Source: Spirochaetia bacterium (GTDB lineage Bacteria > Spirochaetota > Spirochaetia > PWKH01). Taken from it: 52,518 nucleotides of DNA. The notes beneath the pieces are model-generated. The model was not told where the DNA came from. It worked only from the letters and a program-made list of their open reading frames with translations, and searched no databases. The stretch lies in NCBI GenBank assembly GCA_007116075.1, contig SKJE01000054.1:1-52518 (forward strand), in the 5' to 3' direction. Positions within the stretch are counted from its first letter, which is position 1, and each line of letters begins with the position of its first letter. Below are positions 18,065-25,999 of this stretch, in pieces. Position numbers and translations under genes: made by a program.

Positions 18065-18883
18065 TCATCGGCTGGGCCTGAATGAGGATCGTGTGTTCTC
18101 CGCTACCCGCTCGGTAATCCTCCGGGCAGCCTGCATCAGCGGCTGGACCAGATCCATAATCCTGGCTTCTGTTAGCCGCATGGAAGGTCCTGATATCGAT
18201 ATGGTAGCAATTACCGTACCCTCAACATCAATAATGGGTGCGGCTACACTGTTCAGGTCATCGCTGAACTCAAGTATCTCCGTAGAATAACCCTTGCCCT
18301 GGGCCGACCGTACAGCCCTGATGAACTCTTCACGCTCCAGTATCGTGCGGGAGGTTCGCTCCCGCATGGGGATCTCACTGAGATACCCCCGAAGCTGTTC
18401 ATCACTGTAGTGAGAGAGCAGCAGCTTCCCGGAAGCGCAGGAATTCACAGGATAGGAATAGGTAACATCAGGGTTGAGTATCACATGGTGGGCGCTTTTC
18501 ACTTCGTCAATTGCCAGTACCATGTCCTCGGAGAGCACATTGAGATAGATATTTTCATGGGCTATCTGCTCCAGCTCATTCATCGCAGGTTTTGCCACAT
18601 CCCGAAGGCTTTTATTGAGGGGCACTGTACTGGCAAGCTGGAAAAGCTTGAAGGTAAGCCCGTATCCCTGCTCCCATTTCTCCACATATCCCGCAGACAC
18701 CAATGTCGCCAGCAGCCGGTGCACATTTGCCCTGGTCAGCTCGAGCCCCTTGCTGATTGATGACGGGGAGACCGGCTGATGAGCTGCGATGTATTCAAGC
18801 ATATGGAACGCCTTCAGCACAGTCGTCGCCAGCACATAGCTTGATGTTTCATTATTTGTACGCTCGTTTAATTGGTGCAACAT
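18065..18883 (-). CDS. IclR-family transcriptional regulator
   Basis: 272 aa with an N-terminal wHTH (VLKAFHMLEYIAAHQPVSPSSISKGLELTRANVHRLLATLVSAGYV) and a C-terminal IclR effector domain. First gene of the co-directional train. Confidence 0.85.
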   Translation of the reverse strand: MLHQLNERTNNETSSYVLATTVLKAFHMLEYIAAHQPVSPSSISKGLELTRANVHRLLATLVSAGYVEKWEQGYGLTFKLFQLASTVPLNKSLRDVAKPAMNELEQIAHENIYLNVLSEDMVLAIDEVKSAHHVILNPDVTYSYPVNSCASGKLLLSHYSDEQLRGYLSEIPMRERTSRTILEREEFIRAVRSAQGKGYSTEILEFSDDLNSVAAPIIDVEGTVIATISISGPSMRLTEARIMDLVQPLMQAARRITERVAENTRSSFRPSR

Positions 18884-18964
18884 ATGTTTATTCTTTTACG
18901 AAAATGAGTAAATGTCAAGGATTTTTTGTAACTTTTTATGACTTAATATATCTCTACGCGGATT

Positions 18965-19002
18965 ATGTAATGTATATTACATGTTCATGCAAGTAATTAC
19001 TT
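18965..19002. promoter_or_regulatory. two GTAAT/ATTAC dyads upstream of the IclR gene (candidate operators)
   Basis: ATGTAAT-GTAT-ATTACAT (18965-18982) and the perfect 12-bp palindrome AAGTAATTACTT (18991-19002), 80-120 nt upstream of the iclR ATG. Confidence 0.35.
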
Positions 19003-19017
19003 GTACCAGGGCGTAAA

Positions 19018-19044
19018 AAATCCCCGGTTCATTACCGGGGATTT
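19018..19044 (-). terminator. intrinsic terminator of the opuA operon
   Basis: 10-bp stem AAATCCCCGG / CCGGGGATTT with a 7-nt loop, followed on the minus strand by a U-run (plus-strand A6 at 19015-19020). Lies 26 nt after the opuAC stop. Confidence 0.75.
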
Positions 19045-19069
19045 ATCAACAAAGATGTTGAGGTTTTAT

Positions 19070-19939
19070 TTACGGAATCCAAGCATCAACAACGTGCTCG
19101 TTTGCATACATCCACTCACGGGCAGCATCGAGTACGCCTGCATCAGCCTCTTCGATAAACAGCATCAGGTCAGCGAGTTCCTCAACTGTAAAGAACATGT
19201 TTCTTAAGAACTGTGCCAGTTCAGGTTTATCTTCTTCCAGGTCCTTACGTCCCAGGATATGGATATTCTCTGCATCCCAGATCATTTTGTCCTCATCCTG
19301 TTCAAGGAACTTCAGGTCCCATCGGCCGAACTTCCAGTGGGGATCCCAGCCGGTTACTACAATCCATTCTTCACGATTGATAGCATCCTGCAGTGCCGCA
19401 GCCATTGCGGGACCGCTGGAGGGCAGCAGTTCAAGTTCCAGTCCATATGTTGGAATCAAGCTTTCTTCAGTGGTGATCATCACCCCTGCACCTGCATCGA
19501 TACCAGTTATAACGCCGCCGAATTTATCAACGTGGTCATTGAGTTCAGAAATCTTATCGATGGTTACATATTCGGGAACAACGAGTCCGCTCAGAGTGCC
19601 TTCATAGACATGTCCGAGATCAAGAATATCATCACCATAGGTCTCATAGTAATCCCGGTGCAGAATCGGCAGCCAGCTTTCCATGAATGCGTCCATATCG
19701 CCCTGGGCAATAGAAGTATATCCAGGACCAACCTCAGCTGCAGTGATATTCACCTCGTAGCCCATCTTCTCTTCCAGTACAACCTTAGCCAAGTGTGTAT
19801 ATGCTACACCCTCCGCCCAGTTTACATATACCAGATTAGCTTCTTTTTCCGGTGCAGCCTGCTGTCCAGCAGCAAATACACCAGTAACAGAAATCAGCAG
19901 TATCATTGCAGATACAAGTACACGTTTCGTCAATTTCAT
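19070..19939 (-). CDS. opuAC: glycine betaine/proline betaine ABC transporter substrate-binding protein
   Basis: 289 aa with a signal peptide (MKLTKRVLVSAMILLISVTGVFAAG). OpuAC/ProX-like size, located downstream of the permease. RBS AGGAGGA. Confidence 0.8.
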   Translation of the reverse strand: MKLTKRVLVSAMILLISVTGVFAAGQQAAPEKEANLVYVNWAEGVAYTHLAKVVLEEKMGYEVNITAAEVGPGYTSIAQGDMDAFMESWLPILHRDYYETYGDDILDLGHVYEGTLSGLVVPEYVTIDKISELNDHVDKFGGVITGIDAGAGVMITTEESLIPTYGLELELLPSSGPAMAAALQDAINREEWIVVTGWDPHWKFGRWDLKFLEQDEDKMIWDAENIHILGRKDLEEDKPELAQFLRNMFFTVEELADLMLFIEEADAGVLDAAREWMYANEHVVDAWIP

Positions 19940-19958
19940 ATATATCCTCCTAAAAAAA

Positions 19959-20798
19959 TTATTTCTTCTGTGTCGAGTTACCCAATGCCTGAGTAAGCCT
20001 GTCCAAATAAATCGCTAATATTACAATCGCCAGACCACTTTCAAATCCGACGTCTATTCTCAGCTGGGTAATACCCTTGAGCACCTCGTTACCAAGGCCT
20101 CCGGCACCGATCATGCCTGCTATCACCACCATGGACAATGAGAGCATAATGGTCTGGTTCACCCCCGCAAGGATGGTCGGCAGCGCAACCGGCAGTTCCG
20201 CCTTGATAAGCATCTGCCTCGGCGTAGCACCGAAGGAGAGCGCCGCCTCCTTGATCTCCAGCGGAACCTGGCGTATACCCAGATTCGTAAGCCTGACTGC
20301 CGGAGGCAGTGAGAAGATCAATGTGGCGATAACGCCCGGAACCGGGCCGAGTCGGAAAAAGAGTACTGCGGGTATCAGGTAGACAAAGGCCGGCAAGGTC
20401 TGCATAAAGTCAAGAATCGGCCTGACTACATTCTGTACCTTGTCGCTCTTTGAAGCCCAGATACCTACTGGTATACCGATAATCAGTGCAAATACCACCG
20501 CGGTGATCACCAGGGACAGCGTCTGCATTGTTTGTCTCCAGAGGTTCATCTGCATAATCAGCAGAAAACCTAAAAGACCAAATATACCCATGCCCCTACC
20601 GGCAATCCACCAGGCAAGGGCCGCAAAGGCAACTACCAATACCAGGGCTGGAACAGCCAAGAGAATTGACTGGAATCCACCCAGCAGCCCCCGAACGAGC
20701 ATACTGATCGTATCAAATATGAATGCTGCATGCTCCCTCAGCCAGTTAATTATTCCTTCAAACCATTTTCCAATGGAAATAAAATCAAACATACTCAT
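19959..20798 (-). CDS. opuAB: glycine betaine ABC transporter permease
   Basis: 279-aa membrane protein with an ABC-permease EAA-type loop (IKEAALSFGATPRQMLIKAELPVALP). ATGA overlap with opuAA. Confidence 0.85.
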   Translation of the reverse strand: MSMFDFISIGKWFEGIINWLREHAAFIFDTISMLVRGLLGGFQSILLAVPALVLVVAFAALAWWIAGRGMGIFGLLGFLLIMQMNLWRQTMQTLSLVITAVVFALIIGIPVGIWASKSDKVQNVVRPILDFMQTLPAFVYLIPAVLFFRLGPVPGVIATLIFSLPPAVRLTNLGIRQVPLEIKEAALSFGATPRQMLIKAELPVALPTILAGVNQTIMLSLSMVVIAGMIGAGGLGNEVLKGITQLRIDVGFESGLAIVILAIYLDRLTQALGNSTQKK

Positions 20799-22051
20799 GC
20801 TTCATTCCTCACAACTTCTTCGGAACCATTGTCCAGTTCACTGAGCACCGTTGGGGAGGCTTCATCGTCGGTAAGCTTATTTACCTCTCCCATAATTGTA
20901 GCGCGATCGACCGCTCCCATCAGCTTGCCATTGTCATCCACCACCGCAATCGGGTACTGGGTCTCTATAGCTGTGGCAAGCAAATCATAAATTGAAGTCT
21001 CCTTCCGGGTGGTAAACAGATCGTTTCTGACAATCTTCATGATGTCCCGTTCTTTCTGCTTGCGCATCTCTACTGCATCCTCGATGGTCACGATTCCAAG
21101 AAGACGACGGTCTCCGTCGACAGCCAGCACTGAGGACACAGTGGACTTCTCCATGGTTCGTACTGCCGCACTGCATCCCTCCCGGGGGAGTGTAATAGTG
21201 GGATACCGATGCATAATAGTTGAGGCTGTAAGCACCTTAGTTCTGTCCACATTCTGGACAAATGCTTCAACGTAATCATCGGCCGGTTCGGAGAGAATCT
21301 GCTCGGGAGTACCGATCTGACGAATCTTTCCATCGGGTCCCAGCATCACAATCCGGTCACCTAAATTCAGGGCCTCATCAAGATCATGGGTGATGAAAAC
21401 AATGGTTTTATGCAGTCTTGCTTGGATATCAAGCAGCTCATCCTGCATCTGGGATCGAATCAGGGGATCAAGGGCGCTGAAAGCTTCATCCATGAGTAGC
21501 ACCTCAGGATCATTAGCCAGAGCTCGTGCAAGACCGACCCGCTGCTTCATGCCTCCGGAGAGTTCATGGGGATAGCTCTCTTCATATCCCTGCAGTCCGA
21601 CCACACTGAGAGCATCCATGGCTTTCTTACGCCGCTGCTCCTTTTCCATACCCCCGACTTCCATACCAAATTCAACATTATCTACGACGGTTCGGTTCGG
21701 CAGCAGCCCGAAGTTCTGAAATACCATGGACATGGTTTTGCGCCGCATTTGCAGCAGCTCATGCTTATTCATCTCCATGATATTCTTTCCATCTACAAAA
21801 ATATCGCCCCTCGTCGGTTCCACCAGCCTGTTGAGACATCGGATGAGCGTTGATTTTCCGCTCCCCGACAGTCCCATCACCACACAGATCTCCTTCTGCT
21901 CGATCTGAAAGGATACTCCATTGATAGCAACGGTATTTCCCGTCTTATCGAGAATCTCTTCCCTGGTCATACCCTTCTCAAGCATTGGAAATACTCGTTG
22001 TGGATTTGCACCGAATATCTTATACAGATCTCGTATCTCAATTGCCGCCAT
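20795..22051 (-). CDS. opuAA: glycine betaine/L-proline ABC transporter ATP-binding protein with a C-terminal CBS pair
   Basis: Walker A GLSGSGKST, signature LSGGMKQRVGLARAL, Walker B LLMDEAFSALD, then tandem CBS-like repeats. Start moved to ATG 22051 because AGGAG lies 8 nt upstream. The track start is 22057. Confidence 0.9.
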   Translation of the reverse strand: MAAIEIRDLYKIFGANPQRVFPMLEKGMTREEILDKTGNTVAINGVSFQIEQKEICVVMGLSGSGKSTLIRCLNRLVEPTRGDIFVDGKNIMEMNKHELLQMRRKTMSMVFQNFGLLPNRTVVDNVEFGMEVGGMEKEQRRKKAMDALSVVGLQGYEESYPHELSGGMKQRVGLARALANDPEVLLMDEAFSALDPLIRSQMQDELLDIQARLHKTIVFITHDLDEALNLGDRIVMLGPDGKIRQIGTPEQILSEPADDYVEAFVQNVDRTKVLTASTIMHRYPTITLPREGCSAAVRTMEKSTVSSVLAVDGDRRLLGIVTIEDAVEMRKQKERDIMKIVRNDLFTTRKETSIYDLLATAIETQYPIAVVDDNGKLMGAVDRATIMGEVNKLTDDEASPTVLSELDNGSEEVVRNEA

Positions 22052-22206
22052 GTACATTGCTCCTATTAACTACTTTACCAGGTAATAACATACCCATACT
22101 CCTTCCCGATCCGGAAGGATCCCTCAGCAAAGGGGATATGGTGATGTGTGTTTTCACCTTCATTACCTAGGCGCCGATATCCCTAGGGCATCAGCGTGTG
22201 ATTAGT
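22052..22206 (-). promoter_or_regulatory. structured ~150-nt 5' leader of opuA (candidate cis-regulatory RNA)
   Basis: Four consecutive hairpins on the minus strand: CCUAGG..CCUAGG, GGUGA..UCACC, AUCCC..GGGAU, (U)CCUUCC..GGAAGG(A). They are bracketed by a possible closing helix AGGUAAU/AUUACCU, which competes with the first hairpin for its AGG. Confidence 0.4.
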
Positions 22207-22235
22207 AATCTAACTAATTATATGAGTAATGTCAA
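22207..22235 (-). promoter_or_regulatory. candidate sigma70-type promoter of opuA
   Basis: Minus strand: TTGACA (22235-22230), 17 nt, TAGATT (22212-22207). Confidence 0.45.
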
Positions 22236-22395
22236 ACGATCTGAGGTCTTTTTGGAGAAAACACTGGATGCTCCACACTGAAAAGGCACTATATCTATAT
22301 ATGCATATGTATTTCACATATACAGTTATGCAGCAAGAGAGGTAAAACCTTCAGTCTTCAAGAAATATTTGATCATTGAAGTATTTATTAGTTGA

Positions 22396-22779
22396 CTAAT
22401 GGTTAATGTGTCCCTCCAGGGACTGGACAAAGGAAGGAACTGACGCCTTTGCAACGTGCTCGAGAAGTATCTCACCTTCACTGTGTATGATGGTGATCTT
22501 CGCGAAGAGAAGCCCCTTGGCAACCTGCACCTGCTGCACCGCAGACCGTTCAATCATTTTGACTTCTGTCTTTGATACCGGATGAACCGCTATGAGATAC
22601 AGATGTCTTCCTGTCACCACCGCCATCCACCGTCTGGACTCAAATACACCGGAGGTTACCCCGTAGATACGTTCATCCATATGAAGAATCTGCGGCAGGG
22701 CACGGATCTCCAACCGATAACGGTACAGATGATCAACTCCAAGCTCCTTGAGAACATCCTGCACGTCATGTTTCATCAT
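22396..22779 (-). CDS. bacterial PH-domain (YokE/bPH-like) protein
   Basis: 127 aa. The pattern LPQILHMDERIYGVTSGVF...WMAVVTGRHLYLI...ITIIHSEGEILLEH resembles stand-alone bacterial pleckstrin-homology domain proteins. Confidence 0.55.
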   Translation of the reverse strand: MMKHDVQDVLKELGVDHLYRYRLEIRALPQILHMDERIYGVTSGVFESRRWMAVVTGRHLYLIAVHPVSKTEVKMIERSAVQQVQVAKGLLFAKITIIHSEGEILLEHVAKASVPSFVQSLEGHINH

Positions 22780-22847
22780 ATCATCCGCCTCCTCTTGTCA
22801 TCTCTTGCATGACCGGTACAAGATATACTATCATGGGGTACAAAAAG

Positions 22848-23624
22848 ATGAAACGTGCAATTATTATCGGAGGAGGGGTCGGACCTATGGCCGGCACTGA
22901 CCTCCACAGGCAGATTATCCTCAATACCAGGACCGACGGGACTGACCAGGATCATATTGATGTGGTGCATCTTTCCTATGCATCAAGAATCTCTGATCGT
23001 ACGAAGTTTCTGCTGCATACCGTAGAAGATCATCCCGGACTGGCCATGGCGGATGTTATTATCGGCGGTGCAGAGTTTGTTGCCCGGCAGGGCCAGAAAG
23101 CAGTTGCTGGGGTTCCCTGCAACACCTTCCATGCCCCGGAAATTTTTCAGCCCTACAGGGAGGAACTGCAGCGACGCAGCCCCGAGACTGATGTTGCACA
23201 TATGCTGGAGGAGACTGCCCGCTATCTCAAGGAACATGTACCCGGCATCAGGAACATCGGGCTGCTTTCAACCACCGGTACAAGAAACAGCCGGGTCTGG
23301 CATACCCAAATGGAACAGTACGGCATAACGATTACCGAGATACCGGAAGAGCTGCAGCCGCGTCTCCATGAGAACATCTATCATCCTCTGTGGGGCATAA
23401 AAGCACTCAGCAAGGCAGGTGAGCGAGTCAGAACAGATTTTGACAGTTTCTGTCAGATGCTGCTGGAAGAAAAAGTCCAGGCCATTCTGCTGGGCTGCAC
23501 CGAATTGCCCATGATATTCCCTGTACCGGAGTATCTTGGCGTTCCCCTAATTGATCCCATGGTACCCCTTGCGCGGTCACTTGTCCGCATGGCGAGTCCG
23601 AACCAGCTGCTGCCCCTTGCCTGA
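22848..23624 (+). CDS. aspartate racemase family protein (two-Cys Asp/Glu racemase fold)
   Basis: MKRAIIIGGGVGPMAG N-terminus and both catalytic Cys blocks (GVPCNTFHAP and LLGCTELP). Start is uncertain; the track ORF begins at 22809. Confidence 0.75.
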   Translation: MKRAIIIGGGVGPMAGTDLHRQIILNTRTDGTDQDHIDVVHLSYASRISDRTKFLLHTVEDHPGLAMADVIIGGAEFVARQGQKAVAGVPCNTFHAPEIFQPYREELQRRSPETDVAHMLEETARYLKEHVPGIRNIGLLSTTGTRNSRVWHTQMEQYGITITEIPEELQPRLHENIYHPLWGIKALSKAGERVRTDFDSFCQMLLEEKVQAILLGCTELPMIFPVPEYLGVPLIDPMVPLARSLVRMASPNQLLPLA

Positions 23625-24422
23625 CTATTCAGCCAGGTCGCGAACCCCCTCCAGGATGATGGTGGGACTGTAGGGATACTCCTGCACAGCATCCCTCCGG
23701 GTTACCCCGGAGAGGACCAGAACGGTATCTATTTCGCTCTCTATACCGGAAATGATGTCCGTATCCATTCTGTCCCCGATAATTGCCGTATCCTCCCGTT
23801 TACTGCCGAGCCGCTTCAGGGCATGACGCATCATAAGGGGATTAGGTTTGCCGACAAAGTAGGGTTCCCGTTGAGTTGCCAGGGAGATGGGTGCGATCAG
23901 TGCTCCCGTTGCGGGCATGATCCCCCGTTCGATTGGACCGGTCAAGTCTGGATTGGTCCCAATAAGCCGGGCTCCCTGTTTTACCAGGTTCACCGCATGG
24001 GTGACCGTTTCCAGGTTATAGTTTCTGGATTCCCCAACCACCACATAATCGGGATTGATGTCATTCATGCTGTATCCAGCTTCATAGAGCGCATTAATGA
24101 GTCCCGCCTCTCCAATGACATAGGCCGTACCTCGGGGAAGCTGGCTTGCCAGGAATGATGCCGTAGCCAAGGCGGAGGTATAGAAGTGCTGTTTATCGAT
24201 TTCCAGTCCGAGGCGCTGCAGTTTCTGCTGCAGCTCCAACGGCGAGCGTTCACTGGAGTTGGTCAGGAAAAGATACCGTTTATTTTGGTCATGGAGCCAG
24301 GCTATAAACTCCTTGACTCCCTCAAGGAGCCTGTTCCCATGGTAAATGACTCCGTCCATATCACAAATGAATGCCTGTTTTGACCTGATTCGCTTCAGCA
24401 GATCCTGATGTTTTCCGTCCAT
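23625..24422 (-). CDS. HAD-superfamily subfamily IIA hydrolase (NagD-like sugar/nucleotide phosphatase)
   Basis: Motif I FICDMDGVIYHG, LTNSS, C-terminal IIGDRMDTDI. ATG at 24422 is preceded by AAAGGAGGAG. The track start at 24428 is GTG. Confidence 0.8.
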   Translation of the reverse strand: MDGKHQDLLKRIRSKQAFICDMDGVIYHGNRLLEGVKEFIAWLHDQNKRYLFLTNSSERSPLELQQKLQRLGLEIDKQHFYTSALATASFLASQLPRGTAYVIGEAGLINALYEAGYSMNDINPDYVVVGESRNYNLETVTHAVNLVKQGARLIGTNPDLTGPIERGIMPATGALIAPISLATQREPYFVGKPNPLMMRHALKRLGSKREDTAIIGDRMDTDIISGIESEIDTVLVLSGVTRRDAVQEYPYSPTIILEGVRDLAE

Positions 24423-24424
24423 GA

Positions 24425-25288
24425 TCACTCCTCCTTTTCCAATTGCCGGACTACGTAATCAATTACCCAGTCCGGTGTAGATGCCCCGGCGGTGAGACCA
24501 ATCACATCAAATTGCTTCATCTCCCGGGTGACCTCATCAGCCCCGGAGATGAGCCATGATGGTTTACCGAGCAGCCGGGAACGTTCAAAGAGCCTGACTG
24601 TATTTGCACTGTGCTTGCCCCCGACTACAATTACCGCATCGACTACACCAGTGAGTTCCTCCAGAGCCTGCTGCCGGGATTTCGTGGCAGGACAGATGGA
24701 ATCAATCACCTCCAGATAGGTTATACCGTATGCTTTCCCGTGGAGTGCAAGCTCATCTCGTACTGCTTCATATTGTGATTTTGAAAAGGTGGTCTGGGCC
24801 AGCAGCAGTACCTTCCCGTGAAAGGGTATATCAGCTGCATCCCGGGGAACCTTCACGACATAGCACTTACCGGGCGGGTGGGCGTATCCCACCAGTGAAA
24901 TCACCTCGCCATGACCGGCATCACCGGCAATCACAACGGTAGATCCTTCACTGGAATACTGCTCCACCAGCCGCTGGGAGCGGTGAACACGGATACAGGT
25001 TCCGTCCAGCAGGATGAATCCCCGGGAAAGGAATGCATCCCCCAGAGCTCTGGGTATGCCGTGTGCACGAACAACTGCTATACCCGGAGGAGCGTCCCCG
25101 GGAGAGTCTATCACACGCACACCCTGCTGCTGAGCAAAACGGAGAAACTCTTCATTATGGATTAAGGGACCGATTGTGTAGACCGGTAGTTTTTTTTCAG
25201 CTCCTAGACGAATACCCTCTTCAAGGAGATCGACACCCCGCTTTACACCGGAACAGAAACCCATCACCCGGGATCGAATAATTCTCAT
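24425..25288 (-). CDS. ispH: 4-hydroxy-3-methylbut-2-enyl diphosphate reductase
   Basis: GFCSGVKRGV N-terminal block, conserved Cys/His blocks and the SANTVRL motif. Start set at ATG 25288 (RBS AAGGGAG). The track start at 25315 is TTG. Confidence 0.85.
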   Translation of the reverse strand: MRIIRSRVMGFCSGVKRGVDLLEEGIRLGAEKKLPVYTIGPLIHNEEFLRFAQQQGVRVIDSPGDAPPGIAVVRAHGIPRALGDAFLSRGFILLDGTCIRVHRSQRLVEQYSSEGSTVVIAGDAGHGEVISLVGYAHPPGKCYVVKVPRDAADIPFHGKVLLLAQTTFSKSQYEAVRDELALHGKAYGITYLEVIDSICPATKSRQQALEELTGVVDAVIVVGGKHSANTVRLFERSRLLGKPSWLISGADEVTREMKQFDVIGLTAGASTPDWVIDYVVRQLEKEE

Positions 25289-25299
25289 AGACTCCCTTA

Positions 25300-25932
25300 T
25301 TATTCTATCTTCCAACTGATCATCAGTCCGTGTCCCACCGGCAGAACCGACGTAACGAACCGCTGGTCATCTCTGATCATCCTGTTGAACAGATCCACCG
25401 GGGCTTTCAGCCCTCTCCGGACATCCTTTTCAACCGGAAAGAGCACATCATCTGTTACAAGTATACCCCCCGGAATCAGGAGTGTATAGATATACTCAAG
25501 CACCTGGGGATACAGCTGTTTCGCCCCGTCCTGGAACACCATATCCAAGCTCGACGGTATGTTCCGTGCAAGAAGGGAGGTCACCTCCCTGATATCACCG
25601 CTCTTCTGTATAATACAGGATCCGACCCCGGACCGGGAAAACATCTCTGCGGCCTCCCTGCCGGTTCGTTCATGGTTGTCGACGGTGGTGACCGTTCCAC
25701 CTGTATGCACGAGACCTGAAGCAATCCAGAGTGCGGAATATCCGATGCCGGTACCGAGTTCCAGTACCCGCTTCATCTGTTTCATCCGTACCAGAAGCGC
25801 CAAAAACCGTCCGATCTCCGGCTCCACAAAGGGCTGCAGGTCATCCCTGCCCCGATGTTCCCTATCCAGCTCCTCAAGGAGGGGCACTTCACAGGGAATC
25901 TGCTTCATGAGATATGCTCTGTAGCTGTCCAT
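25300..25932 (-). CDS. class I SAM-dependent O-methyltransferase (caffeoyl-CoA OMT / YrrM-like)
   Basis: 210 aa with SAM-binding block VLELGTGIGYSALW and a downstream DMVFQDGAK block. Confidence 0.75.
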   Translation of the reverse strand: MDSYRAYLMKQIPCEVPLLEELDREHRGRDDLQPFVEPEIGRFLALLVRMKQMKRVLELGTGIGYSALWIASGLVHTGGTVTTVDNHERTGREAAEMFSRSGVGSCIIQKSGDIREVTSLLARNIPSSLDMVFQDGAKQLYPQVLEYIYTLLIPGGILVTDDVLFPVEKDVRRGLKAPVDLFNRMIRDDQRFVTSVLPVGHGLMISWKIE

Positions 25933-25951
25933 ACTCTCCCTATAACGTATA

Positions 25952-25975
25952 ACAGCCGGTCTGAAAAGACCGGCT
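25952..25975 (-). terminator. putative terminator of the yajC-secD-secF operon
   Basis: 9-bp stem CAGCCGGTC / GACCGGCTG with a 6-nt loop, 25 nt after the secF stop. The minus-strand tail is TTATACGTT. Confidence 0.5.
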
Positions 25976-25999
25976 GCGCCATTGAAAAAAGATACATTC

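Noticed and set aside
22058-22206. c-di-AMP (ydaO-type) riboswitch upstream of opuA
   Set aside because: The context is right, but I could not find the conserved ydaO core strings or its pseudo-two-fold architecture by eye. It is kept only as an unclassified structured leader. An Infernal scan is needed to be sure.
22299-22308. The 10-bp palindrome ATATGCATAT occurs both here (upstream of the opuA promoter) and at 34195-34204 (argR upstream), suggesting a shared operator
   Set aside because: Both sites lie in AT-rich low-complexity DNA. The flanks do not match. The 22299 copy does not extend to a full ARG-box-like 14-mer. Two copies are too few to separate from chance.
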